From Candidatus Daviesbacteria bacterium (GTDB lineage Bacteria > Patescibacteriota > Microgenomatia > Daviesbacterales > UBA10151): a DNA stretch of 64,000 nt. The stretch is from positions 279,927-343,926 of the forward strand of contig JACPDA010000004.1 of assembly GCA_016184225.1 (NCBI GenBank). Direction: 5' to 3'. A program made the translations under genes and the position numbers. The notes under the pieces were generated by a model, which was not told the DNA's origin, ran no database searches, and saw nothing but the letters and a program-made list of their open reading frames with translations. Positions 26,813 to 36,151 of the stretch are shown piece after piece. How positions within the stretch are numbered: the stretch's first letter is position 1; every line of letters starts with the position of its first letter.

Positions 26813-27282
26813 ATTTTAGATAATGTATTGATAGTTTCCAGCATTGTTTTAGCTGCCTCTATCCCTTTGTTGTATTTACCAATACTTCTTTTTCTTGCTT
26901 GCGAGAGGGTATAAGTGGCAAGTATTTCAAAGGTGATGGGAATATTAAATTTTAAGGAAAGGTTCATGAGGGCTCTAGCACACTCGGTGGTAAGAATTTC
27001 AAAGTGATAAGTTTCCCCTTTGACGATAATGCCAAAGGCAATAATCCCATTAAACTTTTTAACTTCAGCTATTTTTTTAACAACCAGGGGGATTTCCCAA
27101 GATCCCGGTACCTCAAAAGTGGTGATATTATTTTCATTAACTCCGCTACAAATTAAGTACTCCCGGCATGATTTTTCTAAACTTTGGGTTAGGTCCTCAT
27201 AGTAGAGACTCCTGACAATAGCAATTTTTAACTTTTGGTTATTTTTGCTGTATTCTGCTGAATCTCTGGATTTTTGAATCAT
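26809..27282 (-). CDS. ribH: 6,7-dimethyl-8-ribityllumazine synthase
   Basis: Lumazine synthase fold signature (KIAIVRSLYYEDL…; GAFEIP-like …VPGSWEIPLV). Confidence 0.8.
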   Translation of the reverse strand: MIQKSRDSAEYSKNNQKLKIAIVRSLYYEDLTQSLEKSCREYLICSGVNENNITTFEVPGSWEIPLVVKKIAEVKKFNGIIAFGIIVKGETYHFEILTTECARALMNLSLKFNIPITFEILATYTLSQARKRSIGKYNKGIEAAKTMLETINTLSKI

Positions 27283-27857
27283 TTTAAAAGCCTTTCTAAA
27301 TATTTAGCCAAAATATCAACTTCAATGTTTACAAAATCGCCTGGTTTAATAGTTTTTAACATGGTATTGTTCCAGGTATGGGGGATAATGCCCACAGTAA
27401 AGCAGTCTTTTTCAGTCTCAATTACGGTTAAGGAGATACCATTTAGGGCAACTGCGCCTTTCGGGACGATATATCTGGCGAGAGCCGGGAGGGTGGAAAA
27501 TTTAAGCAGCCGGCTGTTGTCCCTGATTTTAAAATCCAGCAGTTTTGAAGTGCCGTCAACATGCCCCTGTATAATATGGCCGGAAAGATAAGTTTGGGGG
27601 GTGAGGGGTAGTTCCAGGTTAACCGAGTCATCTTTTGTAAGTTGTCCCAACATGGTTTTATCCAGTGTTTCAGGCATAACTTCAACGGAAAAATAGTTTC
27701 CGGTTGGTTTATTAAGGGCGGTCAGGCAGACACCGTTGATGGCAATACTGGTGCCCTTTTTGATCTTTTTACAGAAATTCCGGTCAGTATTAAAGGTCAA
27801 AACTGAGCCCTCTTTTTTAGTTAATTTTCCTAAGTGGGTTATTATTCCTGTGAACAT
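27279..27857 (-). CDS. ribE: riboflavin synthase alpha subunit
   Basis: Hallmark N-terminus MFTGII and internal lumazine-binding repeat (…GVCLT…, …GISLTV…). Confidence 0.85.
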   Translation of the reverse strand: MFTGIITHLGKLTKKEGSVLTFNTDRNFCKKIKKGTSIAINGVCLTALNKPTGNYFSVEVMPETLDKTMLGQLTKDDSVNLELPLTPQTYLSGHIIQGHVDGTSKLLDFKIRDNSRLLKFSTLPALARYIVPKGAVALNGISLTVIETEKDCFTVGIIPHTWNNTMLKTIKPGDFVNIEVDILAKYLERLLK

Positions 27858-27880
27858 AAAAAAATCCCCTTTCGGGGATT
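27858..27880 (-). terminator. intrinsic terminator forming the expression platform of the FMN riboswitch
   Basis: Minus-strand AUCCCCGAAAGGGGAU + U7 ending 1 nt before the ribE ATG. Confidence 0.65.
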
Positions 27881-28045
27881 AAAGTTACACCAGGAAATGG
27901 TGTAATATTCTTTCTTTCATCCCGACTATACCCTTCGATGCTTCGACAAGCTCAGCACTCAGGGTCCCGCAACTGCGGGACGGTCGGCTCTGGAATTACA
28001 CCAGGTCGTGTCTTTTAGACTCGTGGGCTATACCACCGATTTTGA
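27881..28045 (-). promoter_or_regulatory. FMN riboswitch (RFN element) aptamer controlling ribE-ribH-ribA-ribD
   Basis: Minus strand carries both conserved halves: GGTGTAATTCCAGAGCCGACCGT and …GAGCTTGTCGAAGCATCGAAGGGTATAGTCGGGATGAAAGA (consensus AGCCGACAGTxAAGTCxGGATGxxAGA). Confidence 0.7.
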
Positions 28046-28197
28046 CTTACACAAATCCCCGAAAGAATACTTATATTTTATCACTTTTGGTTCAAAAAAA
28101 CTCGCACAAAGCGAGTTTTCTTGAAAAGCTATCTTTCGATAACCATTATTCTTATATCAAAGGATTTGAGTCCGGTCAAGTAGTACAAACTAGATCA

Positions 28198-28206
28198 TGG
28201 TACAAT
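28198..28206 (+). promoter_or_regulatory. extended -10 TGgTACAAT, 7 nt upstream of the rpiB ATG (leaderless type)
   Basis: TGnTAYAAT match. Confidence 0.4.
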
Positions 28207-28213
28207 GAGAGAC

Positions 28214-28666
28214 ATGGTGTATCTTGCTACTGATCATGCGGGATTTGAACTAAAAGAAAAGATTAAGGAGTTTTTAATTAGAGATGGTTATGAAATAGAA
28301 GATTTCGGTGCAGCGAGTTTTGATCCGGAAGACGATTATCCTGATTTCATTAGTCAGGCTGCAGAGGCTGTGTCCAAAGACCCAACCAGCAAAGCTATTA
28401 TATTCGGTGGTTCAGGACAGGGGGAGGCAATAGTTGCCAATAAATTTTCTAGAGTCAGGGCTGCCGTATATTATGGAAAAGTAGAAGAAATGCCTAAGTT
28501 AACCCGTCAGCATAACGACTCAAATATTTTATCTTTAGGCGCAAGATTTTTAACTAACGAAGAAGCAATAGATGCTGTTAAGTTGTTTTTAGAGACTCCA
28601 TTTTCAGAAGAACCCCGTCATGTTAGAAGAATTGAGAAGATCCAAAAGATAGAAGAAAATACCTAA
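28214..28666 (+). CDS. rpiB: ribose-5-phosphate isomerase B (RpiB/LacAB family)
   Basis: N-terminus …LATDHAGFELK…; …IIFGGSGQGEAIVANK…. Start chosen at M4 of the track ORF. Confidence 0.8.
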   Translation: MVYLATDHAGFELKEKIKEFLIRDGYEIEDFGAASFDPEDDYPDFISQAAEAVSKDPTSKAIIFGGSGQGEAIVANKFSRVRAAVYYGKVEEMPKLTRQHNDSNILSLGARFLTNEEAIDAVKLFLETPFSEEPRHVRRIEKIQKIEENT

Positions 28667-29323
28667 ATGGTTCAAATTATTCCGGCAATACTTTCTATCT
28701 CTGAAGCAGATTATGATAGGGATATTTCCCGATATAGAAAATCTCAGTCTTTTCAGGATGGCTGGATACATATTGATTTCATGGATAATGTGTTCGTGCC
28801 CAATAAAAGTATTGATGCAGCTGCAACAGCTAAATACCCAACTCTTTTGCAAAAGGAAGCCCACATCATGGTGGCCCATCCAAAAGAGTGGGTTGATGAT
28901 TTGGTTGAGGCTAACTTTGAAAAGATAATTTTCCATATTGAGGTGGAAGATGATAAAAATGAGTGTATAGATTATATAAAGAGTAAGGGAGTTCAGGTAG
29001 GGTTAGCCATCAATAATTCTACTTCTCTTAAAAAACTGGAGCCGTTTTTAGGAAGAGTTGATATGATACTAGTAATGTCGGTAGTACCGGGGTTTCAGGG
29101 CCAGCCATTTATACCGGAAAGCTTGGAACGAATTAGGGAAATTTCCCGGATGCGATCGCAAGGCAATTTCAGTTTCAAAATTGGCATAGACGGGGCAGTG
29201 AAAAATACCAATGTCAAAGAAATTGCCAGCTCGGGAGTGGATTTTATTACAATCGGCTCTTACTTATTAAAAGGTGATATTGACCAAAATTTAGAAGAGT
29301 TATGGGAGGCTATTAATGAATAA
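28667..29323 (+). CDS. rpe: ribulose-phosphate 3-epimerase
   Basis: …IPAILS…IHIDFMDNVFVPN…H(I)MV…; TIM-barrel RPE pattern. Confidence 0.8.
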   Translation: MVQIIPAILSISEADYDRDISRYRKSQSFQDGWIHIDFMDNVFVPNKSIDAAATAKYPTLLQKEAHIMVAHPKEWVDDLVEANFEKIIFHIEVEDDKNECIDYIKSKGVQVGLAINNSTSLKKLEPFLGRVDMILVMSVVPGFQGQPFIPESLERIREISRMRSQGNFSFKIGIDGAVKNTNVKEIASSGVDFITIGSYLLKGDIDQNLEELWEAINE

Positions 29324-29948
29324 CCTTAAATCTAGAAAGGTTTTAACCGTGCAGAACGTGGCTATTTTTGGTTACGCTGATGCATCGGAGAATGATAAAC
29401 TTTTCCAAGAAGTCAGAGCAGCAAGTAGGATTCTGGCAGAAGCAGGTTATGTGGTGGTGGATGGAGGGGGGCCGGGAGTGATGCGGGCTGCTACCATCGG
29501 AGCTAAGGAAGGTGGGGGTAAGGTGATTGGGGTGACTCTTTATTCGGAAGATATTCCTAATTTTGAAGGAAGAGACCCCAAGAACCTATTTGACGAAGAG
29601 ATAAAAACAACCAATTATGTAGAGCGAACTTTAGCTTTAATGAAGACAGGACAGATTTATGTGGTTTTTAATGGTGGCTCCGGTACTATTTCGGAGTTTG
29701 GTATGGCTTGGGGCCTGGCCAAGCTCTATTTCGGACACCATAAACCGCTCATCCTCTATGGTAAGTTTTGGGAGAATATTATCCAAGCTTTTAGAGATAA
29801 TATGCTGCTTAGACCACAAGAGTTAAAAGTTTATAAAATAGTTGACTCGCCGGAGGGGATACTGGATGCTATTGAGGATTTTGAAGCAGAGTTGAAAAGA
29901 GGCGAGCATAATCATATGCTATCGGCAGACGACAGTTTTAATATTTAG
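29316..29948 (+). CDS. LOG family (TIGR00730) Rossmann-fold protein
   Basis: …VAIFGYADASE…GYVVVDGGGPGVMRAATIGA…GGGKVIGV… matches LOG/lysine-decarboxylase-like proteins. Confidence 0.7.
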   Translation: MNNLKSRKVLTVQNVAIFGYADASENDKLFQEVRAASRILAEAGYVVVDGGGPGVMRAATIGAKEGGGKVIGVTLYSEDIPNFEGRDPKNLFDEEIKTTNYVERTLALMKTGQIYVVFNGGSGTISEFGMAWGLAKLYFGHHKPLILYGKFWENIIQAFRDNMLLRPQELKVYKIVDSPEGILDAIEDFEAELKRGEHNHMLSADDSFNI

Positions 29949-29960
29949 TAAACTATAGTT

Positions 29961-30818
29961 ATGACCCTGACTGCCCAAGATATCCAAAGACTTGAAGAAA
30001 AGGCTAATTTAATTCGTCAAGCTATAATTAAAATGTTGCTTGAGGCAGGATCAGGGCATTCTGCCGGACCGCTGGGAATGGCTGATATTTTCGCGGCTTT
30101 ATACTTTCATATCTTAAACCACGATCCGGCTAAGCCGGACTGGAGTGAACGCGACAGGCTGGTTTTATCTAACGGCCATATTTGTCCGGTGCTGTATGCC
30201 AGTTTGGCCCATGCCGGATATTTTCCGTTATCAGAGCTTTTAACCCTTCGTAAATTAGGCAGCCGACTCCAGGGTCATCCACACAGAGGTGCCCTTCCCG
30301 GGCTTGAGACAACATCCGGCCCGCTAGGGTCAGGTTTATCCCAGGCTGTAGGTATGGCTTTAGCCGGTAGGATAGATAAAGCTAAATGGCAGGTAATTTG
30401 TTTAATGTCAGACGGGGAGCAGGATGCAGGAAATACCTGGGAGGCGGTAATGTTGGCCGGAAAAAACAAGCTACATAATTTAACGGCTTTAATTGACCGC
30501 AATAATATTCAGATTGATGGTTTTACGGAAGATATCATGCCGCTTGAAAACCTGAGGGCAAAGTATGAAGCTTTTAACTTCCATGTATTGGAAATTGACG
30601 GCCACAACATGCAAGAAATCATTGATGCTTTCAACGGCGCTAAAGCTATTTTTGAAAAGCCGACTTTAATTATTGCCCACACCATCCCGGGCAAAGGGGT
30701 AGATTTTATGGAAGGTAAGTTTGAATGGCATGGAAAGCCTCCTAACAAAGAAGAAGCAAAATTAGCACTGCATGAGTTGAGGACCTTGCAGGGAAAAATT
30801 AAAAGCGAGCACCAATGA
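29961..30818 (+). CDS. transketolase, N-terminal subunit (split TKT)
   Basis: TPP-binding motifs SGHSAGPLGMADI… and GDG-type …SDGEQDAGNTWEA…. Confidence 0.85.
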   Translation: MTLTAQDIQRLEEKANLIRQAIIKMLLEAGSGHSAGPLGMADIFAALYFHILNHDPAKPDWSERDRLVLSNGHICPVLYASLAHAGYFPLSELLTLRKLGSRLQGHPHRGALPGLETTSGPLGSGLSQAVGMALAGRIDKAKWQVICLMSDGEQDAGNTWEAVMLAGKNKLHNLTALIDRNNIQIDGFTEDIMPLENLRAKYEAFNFHVLEIDGHNMQEIIDAFNGAKAIFEKPTLIIAHTIPGKGVDFMEGKFEWHGKPPNKEEAKLALHELRTLQGKIKSEHQ

Positions 30819-31804
30819 TTAACCAAAACGCATATTTAAACCCCAAGCTTTTTGACCCTGATATTGAGCAGGTACCGTCCAGAAACGGCTATGGCGAGGG
30901 TTTAGTTTTGGCTGCAGAAGAAAACGAGCAGGTAGTGGCGCTTTGTGCGGATTTGACAGAGTCGACCAGGACCCAAGCTTTTGCCGAAAAATTTCCAGAG
31001 AGATTTATTGAAATTGGTGTGGCCGAACAAAATTTAGCCACTGTGGCAGCCGGAATGGCGTTGGGAGGAAAGGTTCCTTTTATTTCTTCATATGCCACCT
31101 TTTCTCCGGGTCGGAATTGGGAACAAATCAGAACTACCATCTGCTATAATGATGTACCGGTGAAAATTGTCGGCTCTCATGCCGGGGTCACAGTAGGACC
31201 TGATGGTGCCACTCATCAAGCCTTAGAAGATATGGCAATCATGCGTAGTTTGCCTAATATGGTAGTGATTTCACCTGCCGATACAATTGAAGCAAGAAAG
31301 GCTACGCTCGCCATGGCTCAGCTGGCTAAGCCTTGCTATATCAGGTTATCGCGAGACAAGACTCCTGTTATTACTACCGCCCAGACGCCTTTTCAGATTG
31401 GTAAGGCAGAAGTATTTTATGAAGGGAAAGATGTAGCGGTAATAGCTACTGGGCAAATGGTATATAGAGCTTTGCTTAGCGCTAAAGAAATGCAAATGCA
31501 CAAAATATCTGTTCGAGTAATAAATTGTCACACTATTAAGCCTTTAGATAAAAATACCATTCTAAAGGCGGCAGAGAATTGCAGGGCTGTAGTGACTGTG
31601 GAGGAACATCAGGTAACAGGTGGTTTAGGAGGGGCAGTGGCAGAGCTGTTGTCCCAGAATTTTCCGGTGCCCTTAAAAATTATTGGTGTGCAAGATCAAT
31701 TTGGAGAGTCAGGTGAACCTAATGAGCTTTTAGAAAAATTCGGGCTTACAAAAGAGGTGATTGGTAAAGCTATTACTACAGTTTTACGAATGAAGAACAG
31801 GTGA
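30815..31804 (+). CDS. transketolase, C-terminal subunit (split TKT)
   Basis: Pyrimidine-binding and C-terminal TKT domains. Start overlaps the upstream stop. Confidence 0.85.
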   Translation: MINQNAYLNPKLFDPDIEQVPSRNGYGEGLVLAAEENEQVVALCADLTESTRTQAFAEKFPERFIEIGVAEQNLATVAAGMALGGKVPFISSYATFSPGRNWEQIRTTICYNDVPVKIVGSHAGVTVGPDGATHQALEDMAIMRSLPNMVVISPADTIEARKATLAMAQLAKPCYIRLSRDKTPVITTAQTPFQIGKAEVFYEGKDVAVIATGQMVYRALLSAKEMQMHKISVRVINCHTIKPLDKNTILKAAENCRAVVTVEEHQVTGGLGGAVAELLSQNFPVPLKIIGVQDQFGESGEPNELLEKFGLTKEVIGKAITTVLRMKNR

Positions 31805-32235
31805 GAAGTAAAATAATGATCTCAAGTGAATTATCCAACCGCATAATTTTTATTCTAAGCTTATTAGGACTGGCTGTAGCCTCCTTTTTGTTTTATGAGT
31901 ACCAGATTAGCGGCTCAATTGTTTGTCCTACCGGTCAAGGCTGTGATATTGTTCGTGCTAGCCCCTATTCCCGCTTCTTTGGTATTTCAATCCCTATTTT
32001 GGGGATTGTTTTTTACTTAACAATGTCAGCACTTGCAGTTGTGCGTACCCAGCTCTTTTCTTTCAAAATACATACGTTACAATTGTTGATTGCAGTTTTA
32101 GGGGTAGGATTTGGGATCTATTTAACCTATTTAGAAATTTTTGTGATTGGCGCAATTTGCTTTTGGTGTGTATTATCGTTTATAATATCAATCATAGTTT
32201 TACTATCGGTTATTCTAGCCCGCAAAAATTTATGA
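31801..32235 (+). CDS. vitamin K epoxide reductase (VKOR) family protein
   Basis: 4-5 TM helices, loop Cys pair CPTGQGC and active-site CxxC (CFWC). Confidence 0.75.
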   Translation: MRSKIMISSELSNRIIFILSLLGLAVASFLFYEYQISGSIVCPTGQGCDIVRASPYSRFFGISIPILGIVFYLTMSALAVVRTQLFSFKIHTLQLLIAVLGVGFGIYLTYLEIFVIGAICFWCVLSFIISIIVLLSVILARKNL

Positions 32236-32247
32236 AAAAAGACGCTT

Positions 32248-32898
32248 ATGAAAACAGAGACTAAAATTTTAGGAGCCATTTTAATAGGGACACTGGTTTT
32301 ACTGGTAGGTGGTATACTGCTGCTCAGCCGTGGAAACTCGGGGCCGGCCGGGATTGAAGGAGCTTCTGTTTCGCAGATTGATTATTCAAAAGGACAAAAG
32401 ATCGGAAGCGACAGCGCTAAGGTAAAACTGGTGGAGTTTTCCGATTTCCAGTGCCCGGCTTGTGCTGCGGCAGAACCCAGTGTCAGAAGCATCAGGATTT
32501 CATATCCTGATCAGGTACAGTTTATTTACCGCCACTTCCCGCTTCCCCAGCATGCTTTTGGCCGGGTAGCGGCAGCTTATGCTGAAGCTGCCGGAGAGCA
32601 GGGCAAATTTTGGGAAATGCATGAGAGGCTGTTTGAAACTCAATCTGAGTGGTCTGGTTTAAGCAAGAAAGAAGCTGCTGAGTTTTTCTTAAAAATAACT
32701 GGGGATTTAGGGTTAGATGAAAATAAAATTAAGGAGCAGGTGAACGGAAATACTATTCAGGCTAAAATTGACAGTGATTTGGTGGAAGGCCGAAACTTAG
32801 GAGTTAATTCCACCCCGACATTTTTCTTAAACGGCCGCAAACTTACTTTACAAAGATTTGAGGATTTGAACACTGCGGTTTCGAATGCTCTTAAGTAA
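32248..32898 (+). CDS. DsbA-family thiol:disulfide oxidoreductase
   Basis: Signal anchor, thioredoxin-fold CPAC active site. Adjacent to VKOR, the usual DsbB-replacement pairing. Confidence 0.75.
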   Translation: MKTETKILGAILIGTLVLLVGGILLLSRGNSGPAGIEGASVSQIDYSKGQKIGSDSAKVKLVEFSDFQCPACAAAEPSVRSIRISYPDQVQFIYRHFPLPQHAFGRVAAAYAEAAGEQGKFWEMHERLFETQSEWSGLSKKEAAEFFLKITGDLGLDENKIKEQVNGNTIQAKIDSDLVEGRNLGVNSTPTFFLNGRKLTLQRFEDLNTAVSNALK

Positions 32899-33534
32899 GT
32901 GAAACTTTTTGGCAGGCCAGAAGACAATTAATAATCTAACCGGTATCACAATAGCCGAAAGTACGAAAGTAATCCGTCCCAAAGTCCGCTTGATTACCAA
33001 AACTCCTTCCACCTGTTCCATTAAATAAAAATGTCCTACAGCTAACCCTAGCGCCAGGTAACTTGTAATTTGGACAGTTTTCCAAGTCTTAGGACTTAAA
33101 AGTTTGAGAGCCTTTTTGCCGGAGGTTAAGGTTACCAGGAATAAAATAGCAATTGCGGCCAGCCCTGCCAGGATGCCCGGATATTTAGGATGAGAGTAGT
33201 CAACAAATCTTAACAGATTAAATTTGTAAAAATAAATAAAAACTAAGCTTACGTGAGCTAAAGCCACCAAAAAGCTCGTAATACCCCAGAACTTACGGTG
33301 GGCTTTTAGAAGATCCAAACTAGGAAACAGTTTACAGGTAGGGCCGACAAGGAGGGTAATTGCAAGCAGGCTGATACTTAAAAGCCCGCTTGTTTTAATC
33401 ATCTCCGAGGGGGTGATTTTGCCGAAATTATAAAATAGAAAAAAGGCCAAGAAAAGCCCGGCTGGCACTCCGATATCAAATAATCTGTGAGAGAGGTTTT
33501 TTTCTACTGAGTAATGATATGGATGGTTTTTCAT
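32848..33534 (-). CDS. ferric-reductase-like transmembrane (MsrQ/YedZ-like) haem-binding membrane protein
   Basis: 6 TM helices with conserved His pairs (AHRKFWG…AHVSLVF…GHFYL). Confidence 0.55.
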   Translation of the reverse strand: MKNHPYHYSVEKNLSHRLFDIGVPAGLFLAFFLFYNFGKITPSEMIKTSGLLSISLLAITLLVGPTCKLFPSLDLLKAHRKFWGITSFLVALAHVSLVFIYFYKFNLLRFVDYSHPKYPGILAGLAAIAILFLVTLTSGKKALKLLSPKTWKTVQITSYLALGLAVGHFYLMEQVEGVLVIKRTLGRITFVLSAIVIPVRLLIVFWPAKKFHLLKSIRNRSVQILKSL

Positions 33535-33548
33535 TGACAGAAAGGTAT

Positions 33549-33560
33549 CTATCTAGATAG
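33549..33560. repeat. perfect 12-bp palindrome CTATCTAGATAG in the divergent msrQ-like/SDR promoter region
   Basis: Lies inside the spacer of a TTGACA-18-TAGTAT promoter for the SDR gene: operator-like. Confidence 0.6.
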
Positions 33561-33587
33561 TATGATAGTTGAAAGAGCTTTGTCAAA

Positions 33588-34394
33588 ATGAATGATCCTG
33601 CCCCCAAAGATAACTTACTTAATCTTTCCGGAAAAATAGCCATTGTCACCGGTGGGGCTTTAGGGATTGGCTTTGGAATTGCTTACAGACTGGCTGAAGC
33701 CGGAGCTAAGGTAATGATTGCTGATTTTAAGGAGCAGGAAGCAGCATCAGCAGTCCAGAGATTAACGGAAAAAGGCTGGGTGGCAAAAGCTACTAAAGTG
33801 GATATTTCCAATGAGGCAGATGTTTCTAAAATGGTTTCAGAAACTGTTAATGCCTTTGGTGAGTTGGATATTTTAGTCAATAATGCCGGAGTGTATCCCT
33901 CTATCCCGGTATTGCAGATGAGCCTGGCTGATTTCGACCGGGTAATCAGTGTGAATTTAAAAGGAGTTTTTCTTTGTACAAAATATGTTTCAGAGGAAAT
34001 GATAAAGCAGGGAAAAGGAGGAAAAATAATAAACATTACATCTGTTGATGCGTTGCATCCCTCGTCCGTGGGACTGGCCCATTATGATGCCTCAAAACAC
34101 GGGGTGTGGGGGTTTACCAAAAACGTGGCTTTAGAGCTAGCCCCGCATAAAATTTGGGTTAATGCCATAGCACCGGGAGGCATTGCTACACCCGGAGTAC
34201 GGACCATACAATCACAAGCTCCGGCCGGGGTGGATATGTCTAAAGTACTGGAAAACTTTTTGGTCAAAATCCCGATGCACAGGATGGGGGAACCGGATGA
34301 AATTGGTAAAGTGGCCTTATTTTTAGCTTCGGATATGTCTTCTTATATGACCGGCAGCCAAATTGTAGTCGACGGCGGAGTTTTATTGTCTTGA
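33588..34394 (+). CDS. SDR-family oxidoreductase
   Basis: TGGALGIG (GxxxGxG), NNAG, Y(x)3K (YDASK). Confidence 0.8.
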   Translation: MNDPAPKDNLLNLSGKIAIVTGGALGIGFGIAYRLAEAGAKVMIADFKEQEAASAVQRLTEKGWVAKATKVDISNEADVSKMVSETVNAFGELDILVNNAGVYPSIPVLQMSLADFDRVISVNLKGVFLCTKYVSEEMIKQGKGGKIINITSVDALHPSSVGLAHYDASKHGVWGFTKNVALELAPHKIWVNAIAPGGIATPGVRTIQSQAPAGVDMSKVLENFLVKIPMHRMGEPDEIGKVALFLASDMSSYMTGSQIVVDGGVLLS

Positions 34395-34436
34395 CAGCTT
34401 CCCTTTTTTAAGGTACTATATCCCCTATAGGGGGAT
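34391..34436 (+). promoter_or_regulatory. csoR promoter (TTGACA-17-TACTAT) with overlapping CsoR-type operator ATCCCCTATAGGGGGAT
   Basis: -35 at 34391-34396, -10 at 34414-34419. GC-tract pseudo-palindrome 34420-34436 resembles known CsoR operators (CCCC-N4-GGGG) and overlaps the +1 region. Confidence 0.6.
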
Positions 34437-34452
34437 TAGGAAATAACAAATT

Positions 34453-34722
34453 ATGTATAGGCCAAAAGATACACAGGAACGGATATTACACAGATTAAAG
34501 ATTGCCAAAGGGCATTTGCAAAAAGTGATCCAAATGGTGGAATCCGGCCAGTATTGTATTGATGTAATTCACCAATCTCAGGCTGTCCAGCGGGCGTTGC
34601 AGGAAGTTGACGGGTTAGTTTTGGAAAACCATCTTAAAACTTGTGTGGTAGAACATATAAAAAATGGAGAAGCAGATACCTCAATTAAAGAAATAATGAA
34701 TGTGTTTAAGAAAAGCAAGTAA
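34453..34722 (+). CDS. csoR: CsoR/RcnR-family copper-sensing transcriptional repressor
   Basis: DUF156 helix bundle with the C-H-C metal-ligand pattern (…QYCIDVIHQSQA…KTCVVEHI…). Confidence 0.8.
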   Translation: MYRPKDTQERILHRLKIAKGHLQKVIQMVESGQYCIDVIHQSQAVQRALQEVDGLVLENHLKTCVVEHIKNGEADTSIKEIMNVFKKSK

Positions 34723-34730
34723 CCTGTCCT

Positions 34731-35225
34731 ATGGGTGAAAAGAAGCTTATTATTATATTCGTTGCAATAACCGCCTTAATTCTGGGTGGCGGCATTTTTG
34801 TTCTAAGCAGTTCCTCTACTCCTGCCAAAATTACCGCTTCCCAAAATGCCAAAGCAGAAATCCTTGAGAAAACTTTTGATTGGGGTAATATCCCTTACAG
34901 CGGCGGCAATGCCACTAAAACTTTCACTATAAAAAATTCCGGGACTGACACATTAAGACTTAGCGGAATTAAAACTTCTTGTACTTGTACAAAAGCTCAG
35001 GTTACGATAGATGGCAAGGGGAGTCCTTATTTTAGTATGCACCCAACCTCTTCCTGGGTGGGTGTGGTAGCTCCCGGTAAAACTGCAGAGCTCCTAGTGA
35101 TTTTTGATCCGGCTTTTCATGGTCCTACCGGGGTGGGCCCAATGGAAAGGTTGATTTCAGTTGATACCAATGATATCCAGAATCCGAAGATAGAGTTTTC
35201 GCTAAAGGGTGTGGTGGTTAAATGA
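34731..35225 (+). CDS. DUF1573 domain protein, membrane-anchored
   Basis: N-terminal TM; beta-sandwich with the SCTCT motif typical of DUF1573. Confidence 0.55.
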   Translation: MGEKKLIIIFVAITALILGGGIFVLSSSSTPAKITASQNAKAEILEKTFDWGNIPYSGGNATKTFTIKNSGTDTLRLSGIKTSCTCTKAQVTIDGKGSPYFSMHPTSSWVGVVAPGKTAELLVIFDPAFHGPTGVGPMERLISVDTNDIQNPKIEFSLKGVVVK

Positions 35226-36151
35226 AAAAGCTTAAGAAAGTTTTATTAAAAGCCGTACCGTTGTGGATGGTGATTGTAATTATTTTAAATTCCACCATGG
35301 TGATGGGGGTTGCACAGTATTATTTTTTAAGGCAGGAGATCCAAAGAGACCTTCAGGAGTTGTCTAAAACTACCCAAAGCCCGGAAGAGTTGACTCAGAT
35401 TCTAAGACAACAGGTACTACCTCAAAACGGCTACAGGACTCCTTTGAAATGGAAAGATTTAGGTAAAAAGTTGGTTGAAGCAGGCGCCATTGATAAGAAA
35501 AAATATGCGGATATTTTTGTTTCAGAGGCAGACGGCGGCGACCACATGAGGTACTTGGATGGCAGTTGGGAAGAAAACATGGTCATTAATGAAAAAAATT
35601 CCCGCTTTATGGTAAATACTTTGTGGGCTTTGGGGTTAGCCAATAAAAGTAAGGTATTGAATGAAGGTCAGATGAAAACCGGTGAGAATCCGACTGAGAA
35701 TTTTGCTTCTACCGGTGGTTGGACTTTGGGGGCTAAGCCGGTAATGGAGATTTATTCTTCAGCAGAGATCATCCCACTCACTTCCCAACAACAGGATCTG
35801 GTCAAAAAAATTGCTGAAAATGTATTCCGGCCCTGCTGTGGCAATTCTACGGCTTTCCCTGATTGCAATCACGGTATGGCAGCCTTAGGGTATATTGAGT
35901 GGGCTGTGTATAATGGTTTGCCAGAAAACCAAATCTATAAAGATCTTTTAGCGTTTAATACTTTTTGGTTCCCGCAAAATTATGTAGAAATGGCGGTTTT
36001 TTTTGACAAACAAGGCACTAAATGGAAAGATATTAATCCCCAACTTGCTTTAAGCAGGGATTACTCCTCGGCCCAGGGTGCAGCAAGGATTAAACAATCG
36101 GTTCAAAGTGTGCCGGGACTACAAAATCAAGGAGGAGGTTGTGGAGTATAG
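35222..36151 (+). CDS. hypothetical secreted Cys-cluster protein (309 aa) in the copper operon
   Basis: Signal anchor. Cluster PCCGNSTAFPDCNHG plus a C-terminal GGGCGV. No known family recognised. Start overlaps the upstream stop. Confidence 0.5.
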   Translation: MKKLKKVLLKAVPLWMVIVIILNSTMVMGVAQYYFLRQEIQRDLQELSKTTQSPEELTQILRQQVLPQNGYRTPLKWKDLGKKLVEAGAIDKKKYADIFVSEADGGDHMRYLDGSWEENMVINEKNSRFMVNTLWALGLANKSKVLNEGQMKTGENPTENFASTGGWTLGAKPVMEIYSSAEIIPLTSQQQDLVKKIAENVFRPCCGNSTAFPDCNHGMAALGYIEWAVYNGLPENQIYKDLLAFNTFWFPQNYVEMAVFFDKQGTKWKDINPQLALSRDYSSAQGAARIKQSVQSVPGLQNQGGGCGV

